A stretch of 64,000 bases of DNA from an uncultured Clostridia bacterium (GCA_947167215.1 CAMVHE010000005.1:1905-65904), one strand, 5' to 3'; numbered from the stretch's first letter, positions 27,791 through 36,486 are shown. Notes: generated by a model from the letters alone, not told the origin. A program made the numbers and translations.

Positions 27791-28919
27791 TTCCGTGAAA
27801 AAAAAGAATACCCGGAGGCGTACTTCTTCGAAACGGAAAAGAAGCAGAACACTCCCATCCTTTTACCGCATCCTCCTTCTCATCGCAATTGCCGCTCTCT
27901 TCCTCTACCTTCTTCTGGTCATCAGCAGCATGTTCCGTCCGGCTGCACATGCAGCTTCCCATGCTTCTGCTTCCAATGCTCCCGCAGCCTCTCCGCAGAT
28001 GAAAAGCGCGCTGCCGGTATATACCCCGGATCCCACTCCTTCCCCCAGCCCTACGCCTTCCCCCACTCCGGTGCCCACGCCCACACCCGTGGTCACCCTT
28101 CGCAAAGGAGCGGAGGGCGAGGAAGTCCGCCGCCTTCAGGAAGCACTCATCCGCCTCGGCTATCTGGATGATGCTGCCGACGGCAATTTCGGCAGCCGTA
28201 CAGAAAGTGCCGTCTGCATGTTCCAGGCGGTCAACCATCTGACTGCGGACGGCCTCGCCGGCCAGAAAACACTGGCCCTGCTCTACAGTGATGCTGCCCT
28301 TCCCGCTTCTGCGGCCCCCAAGACGGATTTCCTTATCCTGGTCAACCGGGACTATCCCCTGGACAAAGGTTACGTTCCTTCCGATCTCATGGAAATCTCC
28401 GACTGCATTCCGGGAGATGTCCTCAAAGTCAAATACAAAGGAACAAAGGCCAACCGGTATGCATTGGAGGCTCTGCGTCAGATGCTCGAGGCCGCCATTT
28501 CAGATGGTATTTCCAACTGGCAGGTATCTTCCGCCTACCGGACTTACAAGGAACAGCAGCGTCTGGTTGATAATTCGGTTTCCACCTACCTCCGGAATCA
28601 TTCCGACTGGTCAAGAAAACAGGCCCTCTCCGCCACCTATCATACGGTTGCTCCTGCAGGAACCAGCGAACACCAGACTGGTCTGGCCTTCGACATCACC
28701 GTTCCCGGCGTCAATTTTACGGGCACCGAGCAGCAGAAGTGGATGCACGAACACTGCCATGAATACGGCTTTATCGTCCGCTATACCAAGGACAAGGAAT
28801 CCAAAACCGGCTTTATTGCCGAGTCCTGGCATTTCCGGTACGTCGGACGGGAAGCCGCAGAAATCATCAAGCGGAATAACTGGTGCCTTGAGGAATACCT
28901 TGAAGCTGTCCCACAATAA
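27783..28919 (+). CDS. VanY/M15B-family D-alanyl-D-alanine carboxypeptidase with PG_binding_1 domain
   Basis: SEHQTGLAFDI and ESWHFRYVG zinc-peptidase motifs, a Pro/Ser/Thr linker and a PG-binding domain (EEVRRLQEALIRLGYL). The likely TTG start at 27783 is 8 nt after AAGGAGG; the ORF-track start is 27762. Confidence 0.8.
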   Translation: MSSSVKKKNTRRRTSSKRKRSRTLPSFYRILLLIAIAALFLYLLLVISSMFRPAAHAASHASASNAPAASPQMKSALPVYTPDPTPSPSPTPSPTPVPTPTPVVTLRKGAEGEEVRRLQEALIRLGYLDDAADGNFGSRTESAVCMFQAVNHLTADGLAGQKTLALLYSDAALPASAAPKTDFLILVNRDYPLDKGYVPSDLMEISDCIPGDVLKVKYKGTKANRYALEALRQMLEAAISDGISNWQVSSAYRTYKEQQRLVDNSVSTYLRNHSDWSRKQALSATYHTVAPAGTSEHQTGLAFDITVPGVNFTGTEQQKWMHEHCHEYGFIVRYTKDKESKTGFIAESWHFRYVGREAAEIIKRNNWCLEEYLEAVPQ

Positions 28920-29000
28920 ACTAATGCCGCCCGGATCCGGGGGCTTCGTAAAACAGTATAAGGTTCATATTGATGAAAACGTAATGTTTCCAAGGCTTGC

Positions 29001-29030
29001 GGCGTGACTCCGGTCACGCCGTTTGCTTTG
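29001..29030 (+). terminator. terminator after the envelope gene cluster
   Basis: GGCGTGAC-TCCG-GTCACGCC followed by GTTTGCTTTG. Confidence 0.5.
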
Positions 29031-29307
29031 CTATCAGTTCATTGATCGGGATGAAGCCGATGCCGCTGTACTTGATGTGGATCCTCTGCACACGGTGTCC
29101 GCTGCTCTTATCGGGAGCTTCCACATAGATGGCTTCAATCAGCTCATGGAGAATGTAGCCGTCCAGCGTATCAATCTCCAGCGCGTGATCCTTCAGCCGG
29201 GCAATAAACTGCTCTACAGATTCAGTCTGCTTTTCCTGTACTTCAATCTCTTGCCTGATTATAAATATCGGTCCATGAACACCACGTGCACGGAATGTTT
29301 GCACCAC
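29014..29307 (-). pseudogene. C-terminal fragment of a large serine recombinase (DUF4368-type tail, TnpX/TndX-like)
   Basis: The 97-aa ORF ends …LHELIEAIYVEAPDKSSGHRVQRIHIKYSGIGFI. This matches the conserved tail of Firmicutes large serine recombinases. No resolvase catalytic domain lies upstream. Confidence 0.6.
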
Positions 29308-29420
29308 CGGGACGGAATAATTGCACCAGTGCGACGGCGAAACTTCTCCACCTTCACGGAGGAACTGTCCCGCTTATTCTGTTGAGATCAAAAGCCATAC
29401 CCTGTTATATAATCCTGCGT

Positions 29421-29759
29421 TTATACACGAACTCCCTTTTGCCGCAGGTGAGAGGCGTTATAGCCCACTTTTACTGAAACACTAATTCCGGAAGGTTCGT
29501 GTTCCATAAGTCCGTGGAGATACAAGGCTGTTTCGTGTGAAAAAATGATTCGTGAATTTGCGGCAGAGAGCAAGAACAGCTCGTCTGGCCAGGCTTCTTC
29601 TGACAAATAAATTCTCTGCGCAACCCTCTCCATGTTTCGAGCCTGCACATACTCCGCAACAGTAGGTTTTGAAACCCCCTGCGCGACAACCTCTGCTGTG
29701 CGTAGATACCCGTTTCCCCTATCAACCATTTCGTCCAGAATGTCAAAGCGACTTTTCAA
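29421..29759 (-). pseudogene. truncated AbiEi-family (type IV TA antitoxin) N-terminal domain
   Basis: MKSRFDILDEMVDRGNGYLRTAEVVAQGVSKPTVAEYV…IFSHETALYLHGLMEHEP…GYNASHLRQKGVRV fits the AbiEi_4 N-terminal domain. It stops at 112 aa, where full-length proteins continue, and no AbiEii toxin gene follows. Confidence 0.55.
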
Positions 29760-29944
29760 AACGTATCACATTACTTTCTCGCTTTTGATTCTATCATACA
29801 AAGCGAATTAGTAAACAGTTCTTCCAGATTTTCTGTGAACACGAGAAACAGATTCCAAACCTTACAGTTGCAAATGTCAAGCACTTTTTTACAGTTTTGT
29901 AAGGATTCCACACACGCGCCCTAAAATGAGCTATAATGAAATCG

Positions 29945-29952
29945 AGAACAAC
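29945..29952. repeat. left copy of the 8-bp target-site duplication AGAACAAC
   Basis: Identical octamer at 33250-33257, immediately outside the two inverted repeats. Confidence 0.85.
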
Positions 29953-30071
29953 GTAAAGGGTAGATGTTCCGTGTAAGGCGGATTTGAGAAGAAGAGGAAG
30001 TGCCAGTGAAGGAACAGCAATTTCATGTTATACTGCAGAAGAGCAGGAGGAGAAAGCAGGAGGAAAATGAA

Positions 30072-30401
30072 ATGCTGACAGATGCGAAAGCTGGCGTGTT
30101 TTCTTCAATAGCGGTATGTAGTGGTTATACTGATTTACGCAAAGGAATAGACCAATTGGCGGCAACACTATCAACAACCTACGGAGTCAATCCATATGTA
30201 GAGAACCAGTTATTTCTGTTCTGTGGGAGAGCAAGCTATAAGATCAAAGGACTCATAAGGGAAGAAGCAGGATTTGTCCTTGTGAATCTACGATTAAAGA
30301 ACAGACGATTTCACTGGCCGAGGGATGAAAGGAAGGGATTAATCCAGATCACGCACGATCAATATCTGCAGCTAATGAGTGAAGGGACGTTCCGCCCGTA
30401 A
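30072..30401 (+). CDS. tnpB: IS66 Orf2 (TnpB) accessory protein
   Basis: CSGYTDLRKGIDQLAATL…LFLFCGRASYKIKGLIREEAGFVLVNLRLKNRRFHWP matches the IS66 Orf2 family. The ATG at 30072 is 8 nt after AGGAGG. Confidence 0.85.
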   Translation: MLTDAKAGVFSSIAVCSGYTDLRKGIDQLAATLSTTYGVNPYVENQLFLFCGRASYKIKGLIREEAGFVLVNLRLKNRRFHWPRDERKGLIQITHDQYLQLMSEGTFRP

Positions 30402-30423
30402 CCGGAACTGTCCATCACTGTAG

Positions 30424-30450
30424 GGCATCACCGTAAGGTGGTGCCTTTTT
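30424..30450 (+). terminator. terminator inside the IS, after tnpB
   Basis: GGCATCACC-GTAA-GGTGGTGCC followed by T5. Confidence 0.6.
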
Positions 30451-30500
30451 CATTTCCCCGAAAAAAAGTTTGCAGTTTCGAAAAAATTTTTAAATAGTAC

Positions 30501-30529
30501 TTGACAAGTGATGTATTTAGAGGTATAAT
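30501..30529 (+). promoter_or_regulatory. internal sigma-A promoter of the IS driving the transposase genes
   Basis: TTGACA (30501-30506), a 17-nt spacer, then TATAAT (30524-30529). The ORF-track start at 30501 is actually this -35 box. Confidence 0.6.
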
Positions 30530-30557
30530 ACAAGAAAAATTCAAAGCGAGGAGAGCA

Positions 30558-30992
30558 ATGGCATCTATTGTATATGTGCATGATAAGCGGACAGGGACCA
30601 CGTACGTTTATTCTCAGGAGTCATTTTGGAGCAAAGAGAAAAAGCAGTCGCGGTCCCATCGCAAACTGCTGGGACGACTTGACCCTGAAACCAATGAAGT
30701 CATTCCAACAAGCGGGAAAAGAGGACGCCCACCCAAAGATAAAACGACAGAAGTGAATCCCGTTCCGGAAGAGGAAGGTTTCTCTGCCCGGATGGAGCCG
30801 GTTCTGAAAGAACTGGAGGAAGTAAAGCAAAAATGCGCAGTCCTTTCAAAAGAAAATATGGAAATGAAAATGCGGATCGTCCTGCTTGAAGGCTGCATTC
30901 GGAAAGCATCGTCAGACTTCACAGAAGTATTAACAAAAGTATCGGCTGAAACAGGAGACACAAACAGCCGTAAAGTGGAGCAAAGAAAATGA
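30558..30992 (+). CDS. 144-aa IS-encoded protein with basic N-terminus and coiled-coil (possible detached N-terminal/leucine-zipper module of the IS66 transposase)
   Basis: The ATG at 30558 follows GAGGAG. Sequence: MASIVYVHDKRTGTTYVYSQESFWSKEKKQSRSHRKLLGRLDPETNEVIP… then heptad-like LKELEEVKQKCAVLSKENMEMKMRIVLLE. The stop overlaps the transposase ATG (ATGA). Confidence 0.5.
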   Translation: MASIVYVHDKRTGTTYVYSQESFWSKEKKQSRSHRKLLGRLDPETNEVIPTSGKRGRPPKDKTTEVNPVPEEEGFSARMEPVLKELEEVKQKCAVLSKENMEMKMRIVLLEGCIRKASSDFTEVLTKVSAETGDTNSRKVEQRK

Positions 30993-32959
30993 AAGAGTAT
31001 TGCAATTATAAAGAGACTGCCCCTAACCACGGAACCGCAGAATCCAGTCCTGACCAGCATGTGCAGAAAATGGGAGACGACGCATCTGCAGAAATGCCGG
31101 AAGGGAAAGCATATGCCGACGACCGGCGTCTGGATCCCGCGACCGGTCTCCAGGGAGGCACCTCTTTGTGTGGCAATACTTCGGAACCCGACTCGGAAAT
31201 GGAAGCGGAAGACTCCCTTGAACTTCCGAATCCGGCTGATTTCATTCCTTCAATCTATTCAAAGAATTACTTAATGCATATGCCGAAGGAGCAGATAGCA
31301 GACAGCTATATCGAATTGCACACCAGGTATGAAGAAATACTCAGGGCATACACCAACCTCTGTGAGCGGGTGCGCAGAGATAACTATCTGCATTTTTATG
31401 AAAAGAAGGATTCCTTTGGAAAAGCTCCGATTCAGGTCCCTGAAATCTCTCTGCCCCAGGAAAATGAAGGGAGTGAAGAAGAAAACGAAAGCGGCAGGGG
31501 TTCTTCCGGCAATGGAAGCCTGACTTCTGTATTAACCCGCACGTCGTCCCCCCGGCGTGGAGAAAGTTGTACGGAAAACCGCGATAAAAACATACCAACG
31601 CTTACTGTTTCTGAAAACTGGACAGAAGAAACGATTGCTGCAGAATTCGCCGGCCACAAATATCAGCTGGTCAGTTCAGAATTTGTTGAGGAATACAGGA
31701 CACTGCCTGCCCGCATCTTTCTGCTGAGGCACGAAGTGTTTATCTACAAGGATATGGTTACAGGAAAAATGTACCGCAGTGCTTCTGCAGAAAGTATTAA
31801 AATGCTTTCGAGAAGCAGGGTCAGTGCCGATATGCTTGGCTATATGGCAGAACGCTATTATGGCGAAGGGATTCCAATAAACAAACAGGTAAAAATGGCA
31901 AACCTGGAAGGCTGCATGATAACAAAGCAGGAAGTCTACAAGTGGCTCCGGCAGTTTGGGGAGATTGCCATTAAACCCGTAACTGTAAGGATGCTGGAGC
32001 TGGTACTGGCCCAGCCTGCAATCCAGATGGATGAAACCTATTGGAAAGTAATGGAAGAAACGCTGGAAACCGGGAGAAAATACAGCTATTTCTGGCTGGC
32101 AAGGACAAGTGAAAAGCTGGATGTTCCGCCCGTAACCGTAATGACCTTTGTCAGGCACAGGGATACGGAAACCCTTCTGCAGATACTGAAGGACTACTCC
32201 GGCATGGTGGAATGCGATGGGTATGGGGTATATCCTGCCGTCGAGAAGAAACTGGTGAATCTTGAAATTTCTTCCTGCCTGTCACACATACGGCATTACT
32301 ATTTCAATGCATTGAAGGCTGTTCCAGACATCCGAACAATGAGCAGTGAGAACCGTGCCAAACTTCCGGCTCAGGCTGTAATAACGGAAATTGACGCCAT
32401 CCTCGAAGAGGAAAAGAAGATGAAAGGATTTGACAGAAAAACACGCGGTGAACTGCGCGAATCTGTTGTCCTGCCACTTGTCAACCATCTGTATGAAACC
32501 ATAGAGCAGCAGCTTAAGGATGAACAGTTCGACCAGGGAAGCCTCCTCGGCAAAGCAGTGATTTATGCAGTGAACCGGAAAGAGCACCTCCTGGCAGGAG
32601 TAAAAAACCCGGACATCCCCCTGCATAATTCTGCCTGCGAGCGCTGCTTTATTCCCATGTCCGTTTTCCGTAATAACAGCAAGCAGTTTACAAAAAGGGA
32701 AGGCGCACAGACTGCTTCCTATTATTTTTCCATCATGGGTACCTGCAGAGAAAATAAATGCAATTCCAGCACTTATTTACGCTATCTCTTTGAAAAGGTC
32801 CCGGGATTAATGAAGGAAAACGAGGAGAAAGTTCAGAAGGGGGACCTTTCTTTCCTTGATGTGGTTATGCCTTGGTCCACTGAATATTCAGAATATGAAG
32901 AAGCATGCCGGAAAGAAGCGGCAGATCTTTTCCATTATCTGCAGATGGTCGACAAATGA
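30989..32959 (+). CDS. IS66-family DDE transposase (divergent, long acidic N-terminal extension)
   Basis: 656 aa. DDE-type motifs IQMDETYWKV, VECDGYGVY, CLSHIRHYYF and HNSACERCF…FRNNSKQF… appear in the order typical of IS66 TnpC. Confidence 0.8.
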   Translation: MKEYCNYKETAPNHGTAESSPDQHVQKMGDDASAEMPEGKAYADDRRLDPATGLQGGTSLCGNTSEPDSEMEAEDSLELPNPADFIPSIYSKNYLMHMPKEQIADSYIELHTRYEEILRAYTNLCERVRRDNYLHFYEKKDSFGKAPIQVPEISLPQENEGSEEENESGRGSSGNGSLTSVLTRTSSPRRGESCTENRDKNIPTLTVSENWTEETIAAEFAGHKYQLVSSEFVEEYRTLPARIFLLRHEVFIYKDMVTGKMYRSASAESIKMLSRSRVSADMLGYMAERYYGEGIPINKQVKMANLEGCMITKQEVYKWLRQFGEIAIKPVTVRMLELVLAQPAIQMDETYWKVMEETLETGRKYSYFWLARTSEKLDVPPVTVMTFVRHRDTETLLQILKDYSGMVECDGYGVYPAVEKKLVNLEISSCLSHIRHYYFNALKAVPDIRTMSSENRAKLPAQAVITEIDAILEEEKKMKGFDRKTRGELRESVVLPLVNHLYETIEQQLKDEQFDQGSLLGKAVIYAVNRKEHLLAGVKNPDIPLHNSACERCFIPMSVFRNNSKQFTKREGAQTASYYFSIMGTCRENKCNSSTYLRYLFEKVPGLMKENEEKVQKGDLSFLDVVMPWSTEYSEYEEACRKEAADLFHYLQMVDK

Positions 32960-33249
32960 AATGCATGACTGCCTGAACTGAAATCTGTGCAGATGATTCC
33001 CGAATACGGAGGCGTCTTTTATTCATCGCGGGGGGGAAAACTGCTAAGGGGTATCTATGCCCTTTCAGAAACCTGAAAGAGGAGGCTGCAACTCCGGCAA
33101 TAAAGATCCCCCGCTCTCTGATGCAAGAAAAACAGGTCTTCAAAAAACTGGTTTTTGAAGGCCTGTTCAATATGCTTTTACATAGCTTCTCCTGATGCTG
33201 TTCGGGAGAAGTTTTTTGATTAACGGAACACGGATTATCTACCCTTTAC

Positions 33250-33257
33250 AGAACAAC
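33250..33257. repeat. right copy of the 8-bp target-site duplication AGAACAAC
   Basis: See 29945-29952. Confidence 0.85.
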
Positions 33258-33261
33258 ATAA

Positions 33262-33316
33262 GAAACAGTATATAATAAAGAAGTGAAGAAGCCGTTGTGT
33301 GACGCTTCTCCACTTC
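33262..33316 (-). terminator. terminator downstream of the lipoprotein gene
   Basis: GAAGTGAAGAAGC (33280-33292) pairs with GCTTCTCCACTTC (33304-33316), 12 of 13 bp. It is followed on the minus strand by TTTATTATAT. Confidence 0.5.
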
Positions 33317-33376
33317 TGATTTAACTCTTTTCTTGTCTCACCTAATCGAGATTCAACGTTTTAAGTATGTGACAGT

Positions 33377-33931
33377 TTATTCTGCAGGCTGAATTGATGA
33401 AAAAATGATATTCCTTATTGTTTCCCAGTTTTCATCTGCGTCCATTGGCATACAATTCACAGAGATCACCATATGATCAGAAACCGGATAAATCAGACTT
33501 AAGATGTTATCTTTTTCAACTTCATAAGATATACATTCAACACCATTTATTGAAATAGTCTTGAAGTTTGAGCCGCCTCCCTCTTTTTCCATAAGTGCGA
33601 CGTAATCGTCCAGGCTGGATACTTCTGAAACAAAAAGAATAACAGACTTGGTCTGATCTGCAGTCCCATAAAGTGCAACAGGCTTAAACGGGCCATCCAT
33701 GAAACTGGTATCAACCGCTATCATTTCAGCGGGAATCCAAAGCTGGATCGTAGACAAATCCGGCACTTCAATCCTTTGGAACGTTCCTTGTGCCTTTGCT
33801 TCTTCGGTACCCAGATCCGCCCAGTTCAATTCCGGCACTTCCTCAGCCAGCGCCCAGCTATTGCAAGACACAAGGAAAGCAAAAAGCAGAACAAAGCATA
33901 GCAGAGCGGTTATCCTCTTTTCGGTTTTCAT
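33377..33931 (-). CDS. lipoprotein of unknown function
   Basis: The ATG at 33931 is 8 nt after GGAGGG. Signal peptide plus lipobox: MKTEKRITALLCFVLLFAFLVSC. No recognisable domain. Confidence 0.6.
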   Translation of the reverse strand: MKTEKRITALLCFVLLFAFLVSCNSWALAEEVPELNWADLGTEEAKAQGTFQRIEVPDLSTIQLWIPAEMIAVDTSFMDGPFKPVALYGTADQTKSVILFVSEVSSLDDYVALMEKEGGGSNFKTISINGVECISYEVEKDNILSLIYPVSDHMVISVNCMPMDADENWETIRNIIFSSIQPAE

Positions 33932-34024
33932 TTCCATTTCCCTCCAATACGTTAATTTGGGATCCTTCTTTATTCTATCAGTCAATGGAGGGAAATAGGT
34001 GGGCGTCACGCCCACTTAAGCAGA

Positions 34025-35422
34025 TTATTTTTTCTGATCGTCGTGCATCATGGTATATACTTTATCAGCGTTAGCAAACGCAATAGCCGCTTCTCCGCAG
34101 GAAACATCCCTTGGCCGGTTTACACCGGTAAGAATTCCGTGATCTTCGCACCATTTCAAGGACACAGTAATTCCTGGGTATTCTTCCGGGTTCCCTTTAA
34201 TAGATGACCAATCTGCAGCCACCTGGGGCCAATAGGTTTTTGTCACGAAATACGCCAGATAATCCCTGTCGATATATTGCATATCGTTAAGAGACCAGGG
34301 AAGAAAATGGGCTTCATTCTCCTGCGGAAGCTCTAACGGACTGGGAATTCTCACATAGTCATTTTCAAGACCATATAACTCAATCAGAGTATCCTTCAGC
34401 ATTCCGACGGTATAGTGCGCGGCGCTGTTATCGAAGATGTGCGTTCCGTATTTTTTCTGCAGATAGGAAACTGCCTCCTGCTGACGCTCTTCATCCGGCA
34501 TGACTCGCGGAATAACTGAGCCATCCGTAAAAGGATTGTATGTGATCCGCTCATAGGCGGCTTTTCCGGCGAAAGAAACAGCAGTCATGGCCGCAAGAAC
34601 ACAAATCGATATCCTGAAGATCCGTAAAACCTGAGAGCGCGGATTTGCATTCAGCAGCGCACGCTTCACCTGTTTCATGTCTGAATAACGATTCTTCGGA
34701 TCAAAAGCCGTACATTTGGCAATAATGTTCCTGAGTGGTTTATAGAGACGAATCTTATGATTCTCCCGTACGCTGTCAGTCAGGAGAAAACGAAGCAGCA
34801 CGCCGAAAGAATATATATCAGATCTGGTATCGGTCTGCGCAAAGCCATATTGTTCGGGCGGCGCATATCCTTTTGTCCCGAAGAAAGCAGTATCTGATTC
34901 CTCTGCAGTTTTGAAAGTTCTTGCGATATCAAAATCAATCAGAACAACATCTTCATTTTCCGTAACAATGATATTTTCCGGCTTTATATCGCGATGAATG
35001 ACCGGCGGCGTCTGGTTATGAAGATAAATCAGGACATCCGCGAGTTTTATGCAAAGACGTACGATTTCCTCTTGGGATAAATCATTGTCTCCAGCATAAT
35101 CACTGAGCGGCGTTCCTTCGATGTATGAGCGCACAATAATAAACATTGAACCGTTTCTATAGCTGCCGCAATAATCCGGGATTCCTTCATGATGCAGGCT
35201 GCGCAGTATGCTTTCGGTATTCGGTTCTGAAAACAATGAAGTGTCATAACATTTTGCTATGCAGAGATCTTGTGTTTCCTTTTTTGATACCAGGAAGGTT
35301 TCTCTTCCATGATGGGAAGCGAGGCATTCCAATTGGTCATAATCGGCCAAAAACTCAACAGGATACCCATTTTTTGAGAAAAAGTTCTCTATTTCCTGTA
35401 CAGCAGATTTATTGTCAATCAT
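34025..35422 (-). CDS. membrane-anchored Hanks-type Ser/Thr protein kinase with ~170-aa extracytoplasmic C-terminal domain
   Basis: HRDIKPENIIV, DFDIAR, GTKGYAPPEQ and a VAIK-type Lys (CIAK). One TM helix (ISICVLAAMTAVSFAG). The start overlaps the HTH gene stop by 8 nt. Confidence 0.85.
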   Translation of the reverse strand: MIDNKSAVQEIENFFSKNGYPVEFLADYDQLECLASHHGRETFLVSKKETQDLCIAKCYDTSLFSEPNTESILRSLHHEGIPDYCGSYRNGSMFIIVRSYIEGTPLSDYAGDNDLSQEEIVRLCIKLADVLIYLHNQTPPVIHRDIKPENIIVTENEDVVLIDFDIARTFKTAEESDTAFFGTKGYAPPEQYGFAQTDTRSDIYSFGVLLRFLLTDSVRENHKIRLYKPLRNIIAKCTAFDPKNRYSDMKQVKRALLNANPRSQVLRIFRISICVLAAMTAVSFAGKAAYERITYNPFTDGSVIPRVMPDEERQQEAVSYLQKKYGTHIFDNSAAHYTVGMLKDTLIELYGLENDYVRIPSPLELPQENEAHFLPWSLNDMQYIDRDYLAYFVTKTYWPQVAADWSSIKGNPEEYPGITVSLKWCEDHGILTGVNRPRDVSCGEAAIAFANADKVYTMMHDDQKK

Positions 35423-35864
35423 TTTTTCGTCCTCCGCCCAAAATGGGCAAGTCTAAATCGTGGAGAATGATTTGCGTATCAACAAAAGATTTGCCATGAT
35501 AAAGACAGTAAATGATGGCAGTATCTCTTTTTACACGTGGATACAGAGGACTTTTTCTGGCAATTTTTAACAATTCTTGTGTGTCCGTCACTGATAGCGA
35601 AAACCCAAAGGCAAGCTGCAGTACAGTATCCCTTGATGGGGTTCTCCTGCCGCTAAAAAGCTGATGCCCAAATGATTTTTCCAGTCCTGAGCGCCGTATG
35701 ACATGTTCAGGGATTTCGTTTTGTGCAATACACAATGAAGAAATATATTCATGAAAAGTGGGCAGCGTAATATCCGACATTTTTCCTTCCAGAAGCAGAG
35801 GAAGACTGGATGTCTTAAAGAGAAGAACAAGGAGCTCTTCTGTGCTAAGCCTGTTTTGATCCAT
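35415..35864 (-). CDS. XRE-type helix-turn-helix protein (alternative start at 35780)
   Basis: …IRRSGLEKSFGHQLFSGRRTPSRDTVLQLAFGFSLSVTDTQELLKIARKSPLYPRVKRDTAII is the HTH_3-like pattern common in Firmicutes regulators. Both ATGs have AAGGA-type RBSs. Confidence 0.65.
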   Translation of the reverse strand: MDQNRLSTEELLVLLFKTSSLPLLLEGKMSDITLPTFHEYISSLCIAQNEIPEHVIRRSGLEKSFGHQLFSGRRTPSRDTVLQLAFGFSLSVTDTQELLKIARKSPLYPRVKRDTAIIYCLYHGKSFVDTQIILHDLDLPILGGGRKND

Positions 35865-36131
35865 AGAATACCTTCCTTAACTGATTCAAAGCCACAGTCG
35901 GAGGTTCATTGACAAGAGTATTCGTTTAATCCCGGATGATCGGGGTTTGATTCTTAAAAAGTTCCCAACAAATAGGAACTTCTAAAAGAGGTTATTCGTT
36001 CCGTATCTTGATAATCCTGCTTAGATAGAATCGACCTCGCTATGTTTTTCCCCCAGATCCTCATATCTGCAATCCAAAAACTACAATAGCCGCTGGTACA
36101 GTTTTCCCGATCATACCAGCGGCTGCTTTAT

Positions 36132-36290
36132 TTACAGGGTATTGATGATTTCTTCCTGGTAAGCTCTGTGCATCATACCCCATCTGCCGATGGGATGCTG
36201 ATCAGAATCATCAATTGTCAGATCGGGATAGTACATGTCATCTTCACCCAGCGTATAGGTTTCTCCGAGTTTCTCGAACAACGATTTCAT
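36132..36290 (-). pseudogene. N-terminal fragment (52 aa) of a TnpV-like transposon protein
   Basis: Not in the ORF track. MKSLFEKLGETYTLGEDDMYYPDLTIDDSDQHPIGRWGMMHRAYQEEIINTL resembles the first ~50 residues of ~120-aa TnpV proteins of Tn4451-type elements (…YxPDL…IGxWGxxRxxYLKEH…). GGAGGA lies 8 nt upstream. Confidence 0.4.
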
Positions 36291-36486
36291 TGAAATTTCC
36301 TCCATAATTCAATATTGACCAATCCAGTACGCAGATGCCTTTTCTGTCTGTTTTTTGGCTAATACTGTTTTATGGATACCCGGACGACGGGCGGCTTCTT
36401 TATTACCGAATTGAACAAACGTCGGTTCATGCCGGAGAAGGTTATTTTTTCCAAATCGGATCCTTCTTGCGGCTGCCACTGGCTCT

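Larger units (their letters stand above)
29953..33249 (+). mobile_element. IS66-family insertion sequence, 3297 bp, apparently intact
   Basis: Terminal inverted repeats GTAAAGGGTAGATGTTCCGTGT (29953-29974) and reverse complement GTAAAGGGTAGATAATCCGTGT (33228-33249) match 20/22. They begin with GTAA as in IS66 and are flanked by a perfect 8-bp TSD. The element carries a TnpB (Orf2) gene and a DDE transposase. Confidence 0.9.

Noticed and set aside
28926-28943. Inverted similarity between the left island border (GCCGCCCGGATCCGGGGG) and the right border (CCCGGACGACGGGCGGC at 36379-36395), considered as att/IR ends of the island
   Set aside because: It is short, GC-rich, imperfect and contains an indel. 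Each copy can also be read as a local hairpin. This is not enough to call element ends without comparison to an empty site.
30980-30995. Programmed frameshift joining the 144-aa IS ORF to the transposase at AGAAAATGAAAG
   Set aside because: An ATGA stop/start overlap explains the arrangement through translational coupling. There is no clear slippery heptamer with a downstream structure. This remains open and was not called.
35921-36010. Direct repeat TATTCGTT (x2, about 70 nt apart) and the hairpin AGTTCC…GGAACT upstream of the HTH gene, considered as operator sites or an inverton
   Set aside because: These are 8-nt repeats in AT-rich DNA and are expected by chance. No flanking long inverted repeats or nearby intact recombinase are present.
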